NCBI GenBank assembly: GCA_008632985.1
Contig: QPGO01000139.1
Location: forward strand, 1 to 64,000
Length of the DNA stretch: 64,000 nt
From: Psammoneis japonica
Lineage: Eukaryota
Reading direction: 5' to 3'
Both the position numbers and the translations under genes were made by a program. Below the pieces are notes generated by a model that searched no databases, was not told the DNA's origin, and saw nothing but the letters and a program-made list of their open reading frames with translations. This document shows positions 22,340 to 34,015 of the stretch, in pieces (position 1 is the stretch's first letter; the number at the start of each line of letters is the position of its first letter).

Positions 22340-24208
22340 CTAGTCAGAAACCTCTGGAAGCGCGCTTCTCATCGGTTCGAGATTTCCAAGTGGCGACATC
22401 GACGAGCTAGCTGCTGTACCCAACGGAAGTTCAGGAGGACTAATAGCTTGATCCTGCGAAACAGCATCCTGAGAAGGTGGCTCGTCTGGCGCTCCTAGGG
22501 GATGCCCACCGCCATCGTCCAGAGGAGGATCCGCAGAATCAAGAGGAGGACCTTCACCCATAGATCTCTGCGTATCGTACCAACGATTCGACGGTGGAAG
22601 CGCATCGGCTGCCGAAAGGTCAGAAGGTCTATCTGACGTCCGGCTCTGTTGCTTGTGTTGCACTTTGAGCCGCTTGTTTCCAATCTAAGGGGGGTGCCAA
22701 ACACAGAAACAAAAAGCAAGATTAGGGCGGCCAGATCAAATAAATATGCGATAGCGTGACGCAGCACTTACAGCGAAGCCATTCAACTCCTTGATCGCCA
22801 TGGACGCAGACTCGGGATTATCATACGAAACAAAACCAAAACCTCGACTACGTCCCGTCTCTTTCTCTACCATGATGCGGACGCTGAGCAAGTTTCCATA
22901 TTGCTGAAACAGGTGATACATGTCCAGGTTTGTAAAGTGGTTCGGTATGTGGAATATGAATAGGTTGGCTCCTTCCGGTCCTTTGTTTGACGCCGTAAAC
23001 TGAATTGGCGGACCAGGCGAAGTTGCAGGATAGTACGGTGGCATGCCCTGCTGCCCTGGATACATCCCCCGCATGCCGCCAGGCGGTCCACCCGGGAAAG
23101 AACCTTGCATTACAGGATTACTACGAGGCTGCAAAGGCGACCCCGGTACCCCGTACATGTCACTCCCTGGGCTAAAACCCCACGGTTGCTGTGCAAATAA
23201 CGTGCCACTTGACGCTGTCTGTGTTGCACCGTATGGTGAGTAAGTAATGGGGCTTTGTTGTTCCTGATGGTCAAGCATAGACGGCGGAAGCATCTCGTCG
23301 AAGGAGTATGCACGGTTTCCGGCACCAGCGCGACTAGCCGGATACTGAACCGGAACCCCGGGTTGGACCTGTGGAGAGGCCTGCCCATTATTTTGCTGCG
23401 CTCCAGCGCTAATATTTACCACAAAAGTCAAAACAACGTGCAATCATGAGCTCGACGTCAAGTACAATGCTATCTCAACAATACATCATACTCACCGCTC
23501 TGCCCAAGTGGGTTTTGCTTCTTCGGGAGAGTTGTCGGAGTTTCCTCCTGTGGAACCTGCGTTTGGGTAAGTCCCACCATAGCCATATATTGTGTAACTC
23601 GATCCGGCCGCCGGTCCTAGCGGCGGCGACAAATACACAGAAGGGCTAGGTGGCGCTGCCATCCGAGGGAGACCTGCCGGATCAATTTGTTGCTGGTCAA
23701 GAGCACTTGTAGGTATTCCAGCGGCATTCGTTGTAGCCCGTGGGAACAATGGAGATGCAGGAGGTATCCCTCCCATTGAACGATTGCTGGTTGAAGGAGA
23801 AAGAGGGGGTTGTGGAATGCCGTAGTGTACACTAGGACCGAACGGATTGCTAGTGACTCCTGATTGTGCGAGTGCTGCTTGTTGCTGAAGGAAACCTGTT
23901 ACATCATAGCTGCCAACACCACCAGGACCAGCCGGCGACGGAGGCTCTGGGGTCATCTGTGAAAGCCCGTACCCAGAATAGTATCCTGCACCGGGAGTCA
24001 GTTGTGGGTAATACGCATTGGCCGGCTGGTTCGCGTATATTTGGGATTGGGGTGAGGGCGAGGATACACTTCCTGCGGTATCCTGGTTGGTGTCATCGGA
24101 TTCCTCTGCTCCGGGAGTTGATCCCGCTCCTTCTTTTGTATCAGTTTCGGGAACTTCGGGCGGTGCTTCTTCTGTGACTGGCTCTTCCCCTGCGCCTGCT
24201 GAACTCAT
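22340..24208 (-). CDS. CELF/Bruno-like RNA-binding protein with a single RRM; two introns
   Basis: KGPEGANLFIFHIP...SRGFGFVSYDN...AIKELNGFA|IGNKRLKVQHK matches the CELF RRM3 type. Pro/Ser-rich N-terminus. Confidence 0.8.
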
Positions 24209-25665
24209 CTTGGAGTCAGCAATCGCCTCAGGAGACGCTCCAAGTACTGTGCTTCGTGGAGAAGGAATGATTACACTCTATCTTGGTACCGCGGCCAAAC
24301 TGCTTCGCTTACAAAAGCTTTCAGATGCTATCCCTCTTGATTTCTGACAATCTGGATCAGCTTTCGGTCAAGTAGTAAGCCTATGAAAGATGTCTGTAGA
24401 ACCAATGTTCTTGTGCGCGGGAGAGCATGCGGCGGGATTACCACGAACTCGAGCAAAAGGACGGCTCAGTTTCTTGCGCAGACGTCAGATCAGACCGATG
24501 AAAAGTGCGGTATCCGGTATCTCACCAGTTTGTTGACCCAGATACGTAATCAAAGACAAACGGTTAACGAACTCTCCGCTGGAGAGAAAAGCAAACAAGA
24601 AGGCGGTGAGTAATGACAAAGAATCACCAAGCTTGCTGCCGCTCATCGAACATTTCAACATGTCACGCCCCCCAGTCGATGATTTGTGGTGCAATAGATG
24701 CGAAGTCAGACAGCACTTTTTCTGTCGGACGGGAACCAAACTCAATGGAGTCGTGGGAGAGGAGGAGAAGGAAGCTAAAAACTTCGCATGACCAAAAAAT
24801 ATGTGGGCCCACTCCGAAAATTGCGAACACCGAAATCCCAAAGTCTCGGGAATAGATTTTCAAAGACAAACTAACAAACAAGTAGAAATCACGTAGAGCT
24901 CTGGTACTCCAGTTCATTTCTACGTGCGAGTACCGAGCAGGCGATGCCAGTGTGCGATGATGGCCGCGGATCGCAAAGAACAAAAATCGACCTGACCATG
25001 ATGCAAAGGGACGACAATAACGGACAATGTTACTCAACTCGTTCAACGTTAAACTGTTCTCTCGTCGTGACTATGGCTTGAGTTTTGAATTCAAGCAGAG
25101 TACTTCACGAAACGACGACGGTGGAAGAGGATCCCTTCACTCGTCTCTCGATGGTTGTCGCGGTGTGATGCGTGATGTGACTGCGCGCACCTACCGTGTG
25201 CAGCATTCGTTCAAGCTGCCGTAGAGAATGTACTGAATCCTACACCACTTAGAATTCCGCATTTGCGACCGTTCTTTCCACGGAGGCTCTTGGTATGTTT
25301 CACTTTGTACCAGAACGCATGTGAAAGTTCTACATGCAATTTCTAATTATCTAACCTCGGGCATGTATAGCGTATAAAAATAAATTGATTTTCTTAGCGC
25401 ACGAGGAAACACATACATCACGATATGGATTGTGGCAGCAAATCTCACATCATCGCCACCAAGATCTCACACAAAAACCGACACACTCAACACTCGATCA
25501 ATCGATGATTCTTCAACACGGAACGAAATGCAAGCTCCATGGTAGATGGTGGTAGGGCTTACATCAATGTCCAGTTCGCTGTTAATCATCCATAACTTTT
25601 CTCCTCATCAGATCTAGAGGGTGGCGCGTTGTCACCTGAAACGTGAAGCGCGAAGCGTGCACGGC

Positions 25666-26652
25666 ATGACAGCCAGAGGCTGGAACCGAGCTTTTCCCGT
25701 AGCATTAAGAGGCTGTTCCGCGACAGAGGAATTCTATCACAGGCATCGAATATGGTCCAAAGGGGCATCTCGATGCTATACAAATATTCTTTCTGGCAAA
25801 AGGTACTTCTCAGATACTCCGAAAACAGATGAGAACGTGAAGGACGTTCTGCAGAAAATGAGATCACGACTTCATGAGGCAAATGCCGAGGGAAATTCGA
25901 TACACGGCGGATGGGACGTAGTATGGAAGGAAGGGTTGACCCCATGGGACCTCGGCAAACCTACGCCAGCGTTAGTGAAGGAGCTTGAGCAGATTCGAAA
26001 CTCTGAGGAATTTGAAAGGTCAAGGCTCACTACCCTAGTGCCAGGTTGCGGATCTGGTTACGACCTGGTGACTCTAGCAGACCATCAAGATCGTCTCATT
26101 TCAAAATCCAACAGTGTTGAGGAAAGTCTAGTCGTGGGCCTTGAAGTGTCAGCAACCTCGCTTGAAATATCCAATCGGCTGATCAGATCAAATTTCGCAG
26201 TTGACGAAGGAAATTCCGCACTTCGGACAAGAATCGAACTGGTTCACGGAGATTTCTTTTCAAACAGCTCGAATTGGAAAGTCCATAGTACAGTCGGTGC
26301 TGCTGATGGCTCTAATGGCAAGCTGCCTGAAGGCTTGTTGTTCGATTTGATATTCGATTACACCTTCTTTTGTGCGTTATCGCCTTCCCTTCGCGCAGCA
26401 TGGGGAGAACGAATGGCGGAGCTGCTTCATCCCGAGACGGGTAAGCTGCTCACTCTCATTTTTCCAATCCCTCCAGAGGATCAAGCGGTGGAAATGAAGG
26501 GACCACCCTACCCGGTAACCGTGCAGGACTACCGAGATGTACTTGAACCACACGGACTTGTGATGACTTTGGAACCCTACGCAAGCCCACACACAGTTCC
26601 ATCGCGGTCAGGAAAGGAGCTAGTGTGTTGGTGGGAGGTAGAGAAAGAATAG
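25666..26652 (+). CDS. SAM-dependent thiol/halide methyltransferase (TPMT/HOL family); start uncertain
   Basis: WDVVWKEGLTPWDLGKPTPAL, LVPGCGSGYD, GDFF, FDLIFDYTFFCAL, GPPYPV. Confidence 0.85.
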   Translation: MTARGWNRAFPVALRGCSATEEFYHRHRIWSKGASRCYTNILSGKRYFSDTPKTDENVKDVLQKMRSRLHEANAEGNSIHGGWDVVWKEGLTPWDLGKPTPALVKELEQIRNSEEFERSRLTTLVPGCGSGYDLVTLADHQDRLISKSNSVEESLVVGLEVSATSLEISNRLIRSNFAVDEGNSALRTRIELVHGDFFSNSSNWKVHSTVGAADGSNGKLPEGLLFDLIFDYTFFCALSPSLRAAWGERMAELLHPETGKLLTLIFPIPPEDQAVEMKGPPYPVTVQDYRDVLEPHGLVMTLEPYASPHTVPSRSGKELVCWWEVEKE

Positions 26653-26679
26653 AGGGTTCAATATCCGTTTAGTTCGATG

Positions 26680-27280
26680 TGGTACTATTTTCTATACCTT
26701 CTCGTGTGCGTCATCTCCGTCCGCACGTGCAGCATGGGTGAAAACGAACGGCAGAGCGGCTTCATCCCGAAACCGGTCAGCTGCGGCTCACTCTCATTTT
26801 CCCGATCGTTCGGGAAGAGCAGGCAGTGGAAATAAAGAAGCCTCCCAACCCAGTTTCGTGCAAGGCTATCGAGATGTGCATGGGTCTCCGGTAGTTGTGA
26901 TGACTTCGGATCCCTGCGCAAGCCATTTCCACGGTTTCTCGTTCAGTAAAGGAGCTAGTGTCCCGGTGGCGCCCACATTGTCCGATTTGATCTTCAACTG
27001 CACCCTCTTTTGTGCGTTATCGCCGTCCTACTCGAATGGTGAAGCTGCTTCATCACGGTTGGCTTAAACTACTAACCCTACTTTTCGGCCCCTTCGAAAG
27101 GTCCAGGCGAAAGAGTTGAAGAGACCAACCTACCCGGTTGCCGTGCGGGTGTAAGGTTACTTTGACCCACTTAAGCTTCACGGAGTTGTGACGGCTTTGG
27201 ACCCATACGCAAGCCATTACACAGTTTCAGCTCGGGCAGGAAAGGAGCTCATATGCTGGTGCAAGATGGAGAAAAGAGCT
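26680..27280 (+). pseudogene. Two decayed tandem copies of the last ~310 bp of the methyltransferase gene
   Basis: 26680-26960 and 26978-27278 align with 26337-26650 (e.g. tcttttgtgcgttatcgcc, gcttcatcccga, ctcactctcattttcc, ggaaaggagct) with indels. Confidence 0.8.
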
Positions 27281-27735
27281 TTCCAGAACAACGAGAATTG
27301 CAGTACGAGCTGTATTGTTGTTTGAGGAGGTTTGTTCATCCAATGAAACAGTAGAGAGGATCGCCATTAGAATCTGTAAAGAATCTATTGTCAGTATGCT
27401 GAATCTCTGCATTTTACGACCTTTTCTCTTACTCATTCTTTAGTACTTGCCGAGCGGCATAATATCTATTTGTCTTGCTAGTTTGTTCACCGTCGTTGTC
27501 TGTTTCTGCAATGAGAGAATTCCAATAAACGAACTCTTCAGCTGAAACCTCTTATCCCCTTGTCCTTGAACCCGTAAGTTCTTGAAGTACCCAATAGCGA
27601 GCATCTTTGAACCCCCTTCAACTTGCAATTTGCGAAACAACAAGACGGACCCCAAGTACCGACTTGCCGTTTCAACCCTAATAGCCAAAAGTCACACGTG
27701 TCGTTGAGTGACTCGTCGTCTCCCAATAATTCGAA

Positions 27736-28605
27736 TCAAAATCGAAAAGCTCCTCGAGACTTGGGCGCTCCGACGTACATGTTTCCAGGAAACATTGTGC
27801 TTGTCACCCCCACTCGTGACTTAGGTGTCTTGAAGGACATGCTTCCTGTGTTTCCCTGATTCTGAAAGTGCACGTTTCCGGGAAACATTAAGTTTGCGAA
27901 CGCAGCTCGTGATCTGTATGTTTTTCGCATGGTTCTCGAGTGATTCCTTGGTAGTCCCGCTTTGTTTTCGGCGTCCATCACGGCTTGGTGACTTGCAAGG
28001 GATTCGACAAACAAATCGTAAAGTCTCTGTTTGGATCGCTCTAGAGAACTTTCATGGATTGCCAGTCGACCATGAGACGATGACAATGCCTGCTGCATTG
28101 TTGTGCGTAGTTCTTGAACACGCTTCTGACGAAAAGGATCATGCTGTACAGTTGGAGGCTCCATTCGCTCAGGAGTATCTGTTGGCTTACAGATAATCAC
28201 CATATTAGTCAAAGGGCCTGATTCACTATCCGTCGACTCTGTATCAGAGAATAGCCGAGGTTTCTTTGTCGAAGGCTTGGCGACAGGACGGATGATATTT
28301 TCGCTTAAGGGTCGTTTCTTGTTACTAACTCGAGGAGGAGGTGGCGGAGAAACGCATCTGGAAGAGGAAACCGAAGCTTCGTCATCAAAGTTCATATCGG
28401 TATTTACATCGCCAATATCAAAAATGCCACTCAAATCTTCCTGCGATAAGGCCTCGTGTACATCAAACGACATTTCGTCGATCGATGGCTTTCTCGATTG
28501 CGTCGTCGGATCCGTTGGTGATTTTGTCGTGCACTCTGTATTTCTTTGGAAGCAATCATCCAAGCAATTAGGGTCGTGATTGAGTGCATCTGGAGTTATC
28601 ATCAT
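27736..28605 (-). CDS. Hypothetical protein, low-complexity N-terminal half
   Basis: 289-aa ORF with gene-like composition; no family recognised. Confidence 0.55.
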   Translation of the reverse strand: MMITPDALNHDPNCLDDCFQRNTECTTKSPTDPTTQSRKPSIDEMSFDVHEALSQEDLSGIFDIGDVNTDMNFDDEASVSSSRCVSPPPPPRVSNKKRPLSENIIRPVAKPSTKKPRLFSDTESTDSESGPLTNMVIICKPTDTPERMEPPTVQHDPFRQKRVQELRTTMQQALSSSHGRLAIHESSLERSKQRLYDLFVESLASHQAVMDAENKAGLPRNHSRTMRKTYRSRAAFANLMFPGNVHFQNQGNTGSMSFKTPKSRVGVTSTMFPGNMYVGAPKSRGAFRF

Positions 28606-29015
28606 CTTTGCAAAGCCGTCTTTGCGCTTTGGTTAGTTCTCTGGACAAAGTTGTGAGGTGGATTCGATTTCTGGATTTTTCCCTTTGAGTGAAGACGGAC
28701 AACCTCGTGGTGAACAGTGAGGGCAATAATGCGTTAAATGCCTGTCAATTGGTAATTATAGAAGATACTGGAAAGGAATTTTTTAGCTTAGGTACTATGT
28801 GGTCGCAGATATTTAGCATTCATTATATTAAGCATGAAGATGTTAATAATATCAAAATTGCAAGTTTATGATTAGGAGGCACTTGTGCTTTTTGAAGATT
28901 TGGAGAGAAATAAAAAACTGGATCGATGCGATCGGCACATCTATCACAGTCGTTGCTCGTTGCGACAGCAAAAAACGTACTCAAAGATACCGTTGAGTTT
29001 CGAGTTGGCTCGACA

Positions 29016-31326
29016 ATGACGTCGTCGGGACGGAAGAAGAGGAGTCACCTTTCGGCAACATGTCGGGGTGTTATGATCGGGATGGGACTTTCTTACGTGT
29101 TAATGTCTTTGTTGGAAGGGAAGACGGGGCTTCACTCATGGGAACCTTCTCGAAATCTCAAGGAGGAGGAAGAGTTTGAGGTGGAGGAAGAAGAAGAGGA
29201 AGAAATTGATCCGGATATCGAGGCGACGGCGATTGTTTGTATCATTATCCTCTTGATCGGTTTGACCATTGCTTTTGAAGAGATTGAGGAACTCATTATT
29301 GAAAGTTCTCCTCGCGATTTCAGACCCATCGTTGCCTCCCTCTTTCAAGAAATGACAATACTGGGTTTCTTGAGCTTGTGCACCTTTTGTATCACAAAGA
29401 CCCCGTTTCCTTCAATTCTTTCTCGACACTTATTCGGAGAAGAAGAATTCTTGCTGGAAATCTTCGAAATGGTTCACTTTTGTCTCTTCTTCATCATGAT
29501 CTTTTTTGTGGCTCAGGTTTGTACCCTCTCGTATTGTTTGAAGTTGCTTCGCACGTATGCACCACTTAACCTGTCTACTGGGTGTAAGCAAGAACGGTAT
29601 CTCATTTTGATGCATGCATGTTTATTGCTACGTAGGTTCTCGTTCTGTTGAAGGAGAGTATCAAGATCCAAAAGAAGTGGCACGCTATGGATCGCGCTTG
29701 TATGTGAGTGTTTTTTTGTTCTTGTTGTATACACCACTCCATTACAAAAACAAAAGCTTCGCAGCAGTCTTTAGCCTCACCCTCTTTTTCTCCAGGGAGC
29801 TAAGATATGGATCTTCCACCTCCTTTCAGCACGGTTTTGCTAAAGAGGAAATGGATGTCTTTACGTGTCTTCGAGACGAATTCATCTTGGAACGATCCTT
29901 GGAGCCCCCCTTTGATCCGGCAGAACAAGAAAACCGCGTCGCGGAGGATTTCAACTTTGGAAGATACCTTTCGATCTGTCTGGGTATTTCGGTTTCCCAC
30001 GTGGTCCATGTCAGCGTTGCTAGCTGGGTATTCTTCATTTTCTTGACGGTGGTATTGTACTTGATCATGCTTATTCTTGAGGGAAATCTCATGGTAAGTG
30101 GCTCCTCTTTCTTACTTTCAACCGATCGTGGGCCAATGGGTGTATTCCTCATAAATTCCATGTTGTTCAATATTGATCCTCGCAGGTACTTGGGTGGATT
30201 TGGGTCGGCTTTGGGTGGATGGACATGCTCCTTTTCAGATTTGTCTTTGAACGATATCTTATTGGAATTCTCAAGGCGCTGGCATTACCATCACCTGCTT
30301 CCGAATCAAGCTCTGGAACAGAGCAGGAAACTCTTTTGTCAGATGGCTCCGGATCCAATCTCCCTGCTTGGTGTCAAATTGACTTGGACGAGTACATGTC
30401 GAGTCGATCGTGGCTTGTGCGACGCTTATGTCACAAGTTACCTACTCGACAGGATGCTCTCTTTTGGCTCGAAGAGAAAGGTCCTCACTTGCATTTGGTG
30501 GTACTTCAAATCAACCTGGTCTTCCGAGGGGTATACGGGGCGACATTGATTTTGATCTTCATCCCTGCCTTTCGTGAAGCTTCAGTGGTGATCTTTGCTT
30601 CATACATCATCTTGGCCTTCATTCCAATCTTTGGTTTCGTCGGACATGTTCGACGTGTCTTTGCCGTCATGTCAATTGTGGGCAGCACGGGAGCGCTCAG
30701 GCTTCCTCAGGTTGTTTCGGATGTGATTCGAAAAGAAAAGACACTCTTGGTGGTTCGGGCCTTTCTTATTCTGGACAAAATGCACCAGCTTGCGTCCGCG
30801 GACACGGAAGATATTACTGATGCTAGTAGCAGCAGTAAGGAACTTCGCCAGCTGACGCACTTGGAGACCATGGAAGTAGGCGCAACTTTCGATCGACCGG
30901 GACGGTGACGGCCAAATGTCGATTTCTGAGTTGGATCGTGTCATGCACGCAATGGCAGGCCACACCTCAGAAGAAAAGCTGCGTCGCATTCTATCATCGC
31001 TCGATATGAATGGGGATGGAATAGTGAGCAAGCCCGAGTTTCTAGAGTGGTACAGGCGCTACATGATCCCAAAGGAGCACGCTGTTTCGCTCGAGGAACG
31101 TGCTCACCACCTGTTTCACTTGTTTGACAAAAACAACAGTGGAAAGATCTCAATTAGTGAGTTCAAGAAGTCGATGGATGCTTTGAACATAGGGTTCACT
31201 GTTGACGAGGTTGGCATGCTTATTCAAGAGCTTGACGAAGATGATAACGTTATGATTGGACTTGACGAGTTTCACGAGTTGTTGGAAAAACACTATCCAG
31301 AAGAATTGGAACATCATCATTCTTAG
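29016..31326 (+). CDS. MLO-like multi-TM protein fused to C-terminal EF-hands; multi-exon, apparent frameshift at about 30893
   Basis: SLFQEMTILGFLSL, FEMVHFCLF and LRDEFI...DFNFGRYL resemble MLO motifs. EF loops DRDGDGQMS, DMNGDGIVSKPE, DKNNSGKISISE, DEDDNVMIGLDE. Confidence 0.65.
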
Positions 31327-32089
31327 CATTCTCTAGCTAGAGCTAGAGAGAAGCGTGCACAGGGCTATAGTAGCTAGAAATCTATTAACTAAGCAAGTGG
31401 CATTTGCCTGTATTAAATAGAAACCTCTCAATCTCAGTACTGTAAGCATCACCAGCAGTTTCAGTTCGACTGGTCGAGTAAGGAATCAAGTTGACGTACG
31501 GACTAAAATGATCTCATCAGTCTGCACATGCAAAGAAACAGGCAAAGCAAAATGTGTGTCAAGTGATTGTGTGTTAGAGTGCTTGCAGAAGCTCACAGAA
31601 CTGTTCATTTCAAATCTTGCTCCATGCAACCACCATGCATCTGGCAGACTTGGAGAAAGCAAGAGAGCTTTTCTCTGTGCTAACGACCCTCTCCCCACAA
31701 CTCTTGTCAATCACGGCAACACAAGTGGGCCAGAAGTTTGGTTTCCAACAAAAGAACTTTGCCTGCAAATTCTTGTCTGTCAAGAAACAAGTGGATGATG
31801 GGTCATTTTGCCTTTTGGCACATGCAGTGATGAGTTGATTTGTGCCAAGTGACTGGCACAAAAAAATTCATCAACTTTGGCATGGTTCCTGTGCCTTTCC
31901 AGAGGTTTGCTTTGGTCAAAGAAATGGTGGTTGCAATCACAGACCATTGCTCATGGGAAAAGGCTCAAGTGTGTTTTGTTGGTTGTGACTCTTGCACATG
32001 ACTGTTGTCGATCATTTGGTGTTGTGGTGTCAGTCATTTTGGCTGGTGAGGGTTCCAATGACATCACTCCTGTTGGTTGTCTGTCACTG

Positions 32090-32540
32090 CCCACCATCCA
32101 AATCTGCCAATTGAGGAAAAGCTTGAAGTTGGAGGTTGTTTGTGGTTCTTTCTTTTTACCTGCTTTGTCCCCTGCATTGTTGTTGGGTGACATGCAAGTG
32201 CCACACAAGTTTCTCATTGAAATGAAAAAAGCAACACAAAGACAAATGGGCAGCCAATTTAGAGCCGCGCCAGTTGTCTGCCACTGTGCTGCCCAAATCT
32301 GCCAACTGAGGAAAAGCCCAAAGTCTGAGGTCACATTCATTGCTCTTTCTCATTGCTTGCTTTCTTGTTGTTGCACTTTGCCATTGTTGGACAAAATGCC
32401 AACATTGTGTGAGCATGTGCTGAAGCAGAAAAGTCAAACAAAGACAAATTGGCCAATTTGAAGCCACACCAGCTGTCTGTCATTTCACCATCCAAATCCA
32501 CCAATTGAGAAAAAGCTTGAAGTTGGATGTTGTTTGCAAT
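32090..32540 (+). repeat. Degenerate direct repeat, period about 196 bp
   Basis: ccaaatc(tg/ca)ccaa(t/c)tgag(g/a)aaaagc recurs at about 32098, 32294 and 32492. Confidence 0.65.
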
Positions 32541-32975
32541 TCCCAGCCATCTTGAAGTGCAAGCCATTGCAAAGCTTTTTAACTTGCTCGAGCTGATGAC
32601 CAAACTCCTCACAAGAAAAGATGAGATGTTGTGCAGCCAAGTCACAAGATTTGGAGCTGTTTTCTTTTGTCTTGTCCACTTTATGCTGCACATCATGCAC
32701 CTCCTGTTTTTGCAAATGATGACTTTCCAACTCATCAAAGCACTTGTCAATGGTTGGACATGGGCACAACTTGAGACTTGTTCCCTCATTTGACATGTTG
32801 CCATGGTGCAGCTCCCCAGCTTGATGGAGAGTCATCACATTGTGAGACCAGAAGAGGCACAAACAGAACACAACTGTCTTCTCAGCATTGGAGCATCTGG
32901 ACCACAGGATGAAAAACCCAAGTCCATTGAAAAAAAAATGCTTTGGCTCCTGACATGGTGATGCAAGCAACTGTT

Positions 32976-33984
32976 TGTCAAGGAATTTTCATGGCCACTG
33001 AACCCTCACCTCTGCTTTCATCTTGCTGTTTGGAGTGAGTTGTTTGGTGCATCATCCATTTGCCTTTCAGCACCACTGGGCACCTGTTGTTGCACAAATT
33101 TGAAGTTTGCACTGACAACTTCTGGGCAACCCAAGGCCAAGCAACAAAGACTGCCAAGTTCTTGAATGCAGTGGGCATCACAGGAAGCCTTGCAGGACTC
33201 CTTTTTGGGGATGTTGACTTGCTGGTTCAACACTCACTCCAAAGAGGCCCTGATGCTGCTTCAAGTGCTTGTGCCTGCCAACCCACAGTTGACAGAACAC
33301 TGCACACCTGCAAAATGAGTGACAGAGGAAGAGGCAGCACAAGCGGAAGGACCAAGGCCAAAGCATGGCCAAGGCAGAGGTGACAACAGTTGCAGGTCCT
33401 CTGGCCAGAAGAAGAAGACCAACAAAAAAGCTTTCAGCCTGACACAAAGTTCCACCCTTGCTTGCTTCATCACTGAGTGGCAATTTTTGCAGCAGTGCAT
33501 GTGAAGACATCAAAGAGAAAGCCTTCTTTTGCTTGCAAAAAGAGTGTGAGCAAGGTGCGAGCATCTGATGATGTCTTTGGAAGACATGAAGTGCAAGGGG
33601 TGTGGTTCTGAGAAGCTCACCTCGAAGGTGTCACCAGCGAAAATGCCCAAGGCAAGCATTGCAGAGTGCCACAAGGCACCAAAGGAAGGAACAGCATGAA
33701 GACAAAGAACTCAAGTGCAAAGCGGAGCTGAGCAACTACCACAGCAAAGTGGCGCAGTTTGAAGAATGAGACAACTGCACCTGTCAAGATCCTGGAAGAT
33801 TGCTGCACCAAGCTGATGAAGCAAAAGTGCAGGGCAATCCCAGATGCTCCAGCACTGGGGATGATCCAATCAAGCTGAGGAAGAAGCTGATCCAACCCCT
33901 TGCACTTGACTCAATGAGATGTGGGCACCCATTGCAACAACAAAACAACAAAACAACAAAACAACAAAACAACAAAAAAACAAA

Positions 33985-34015
<31 letters not shown>

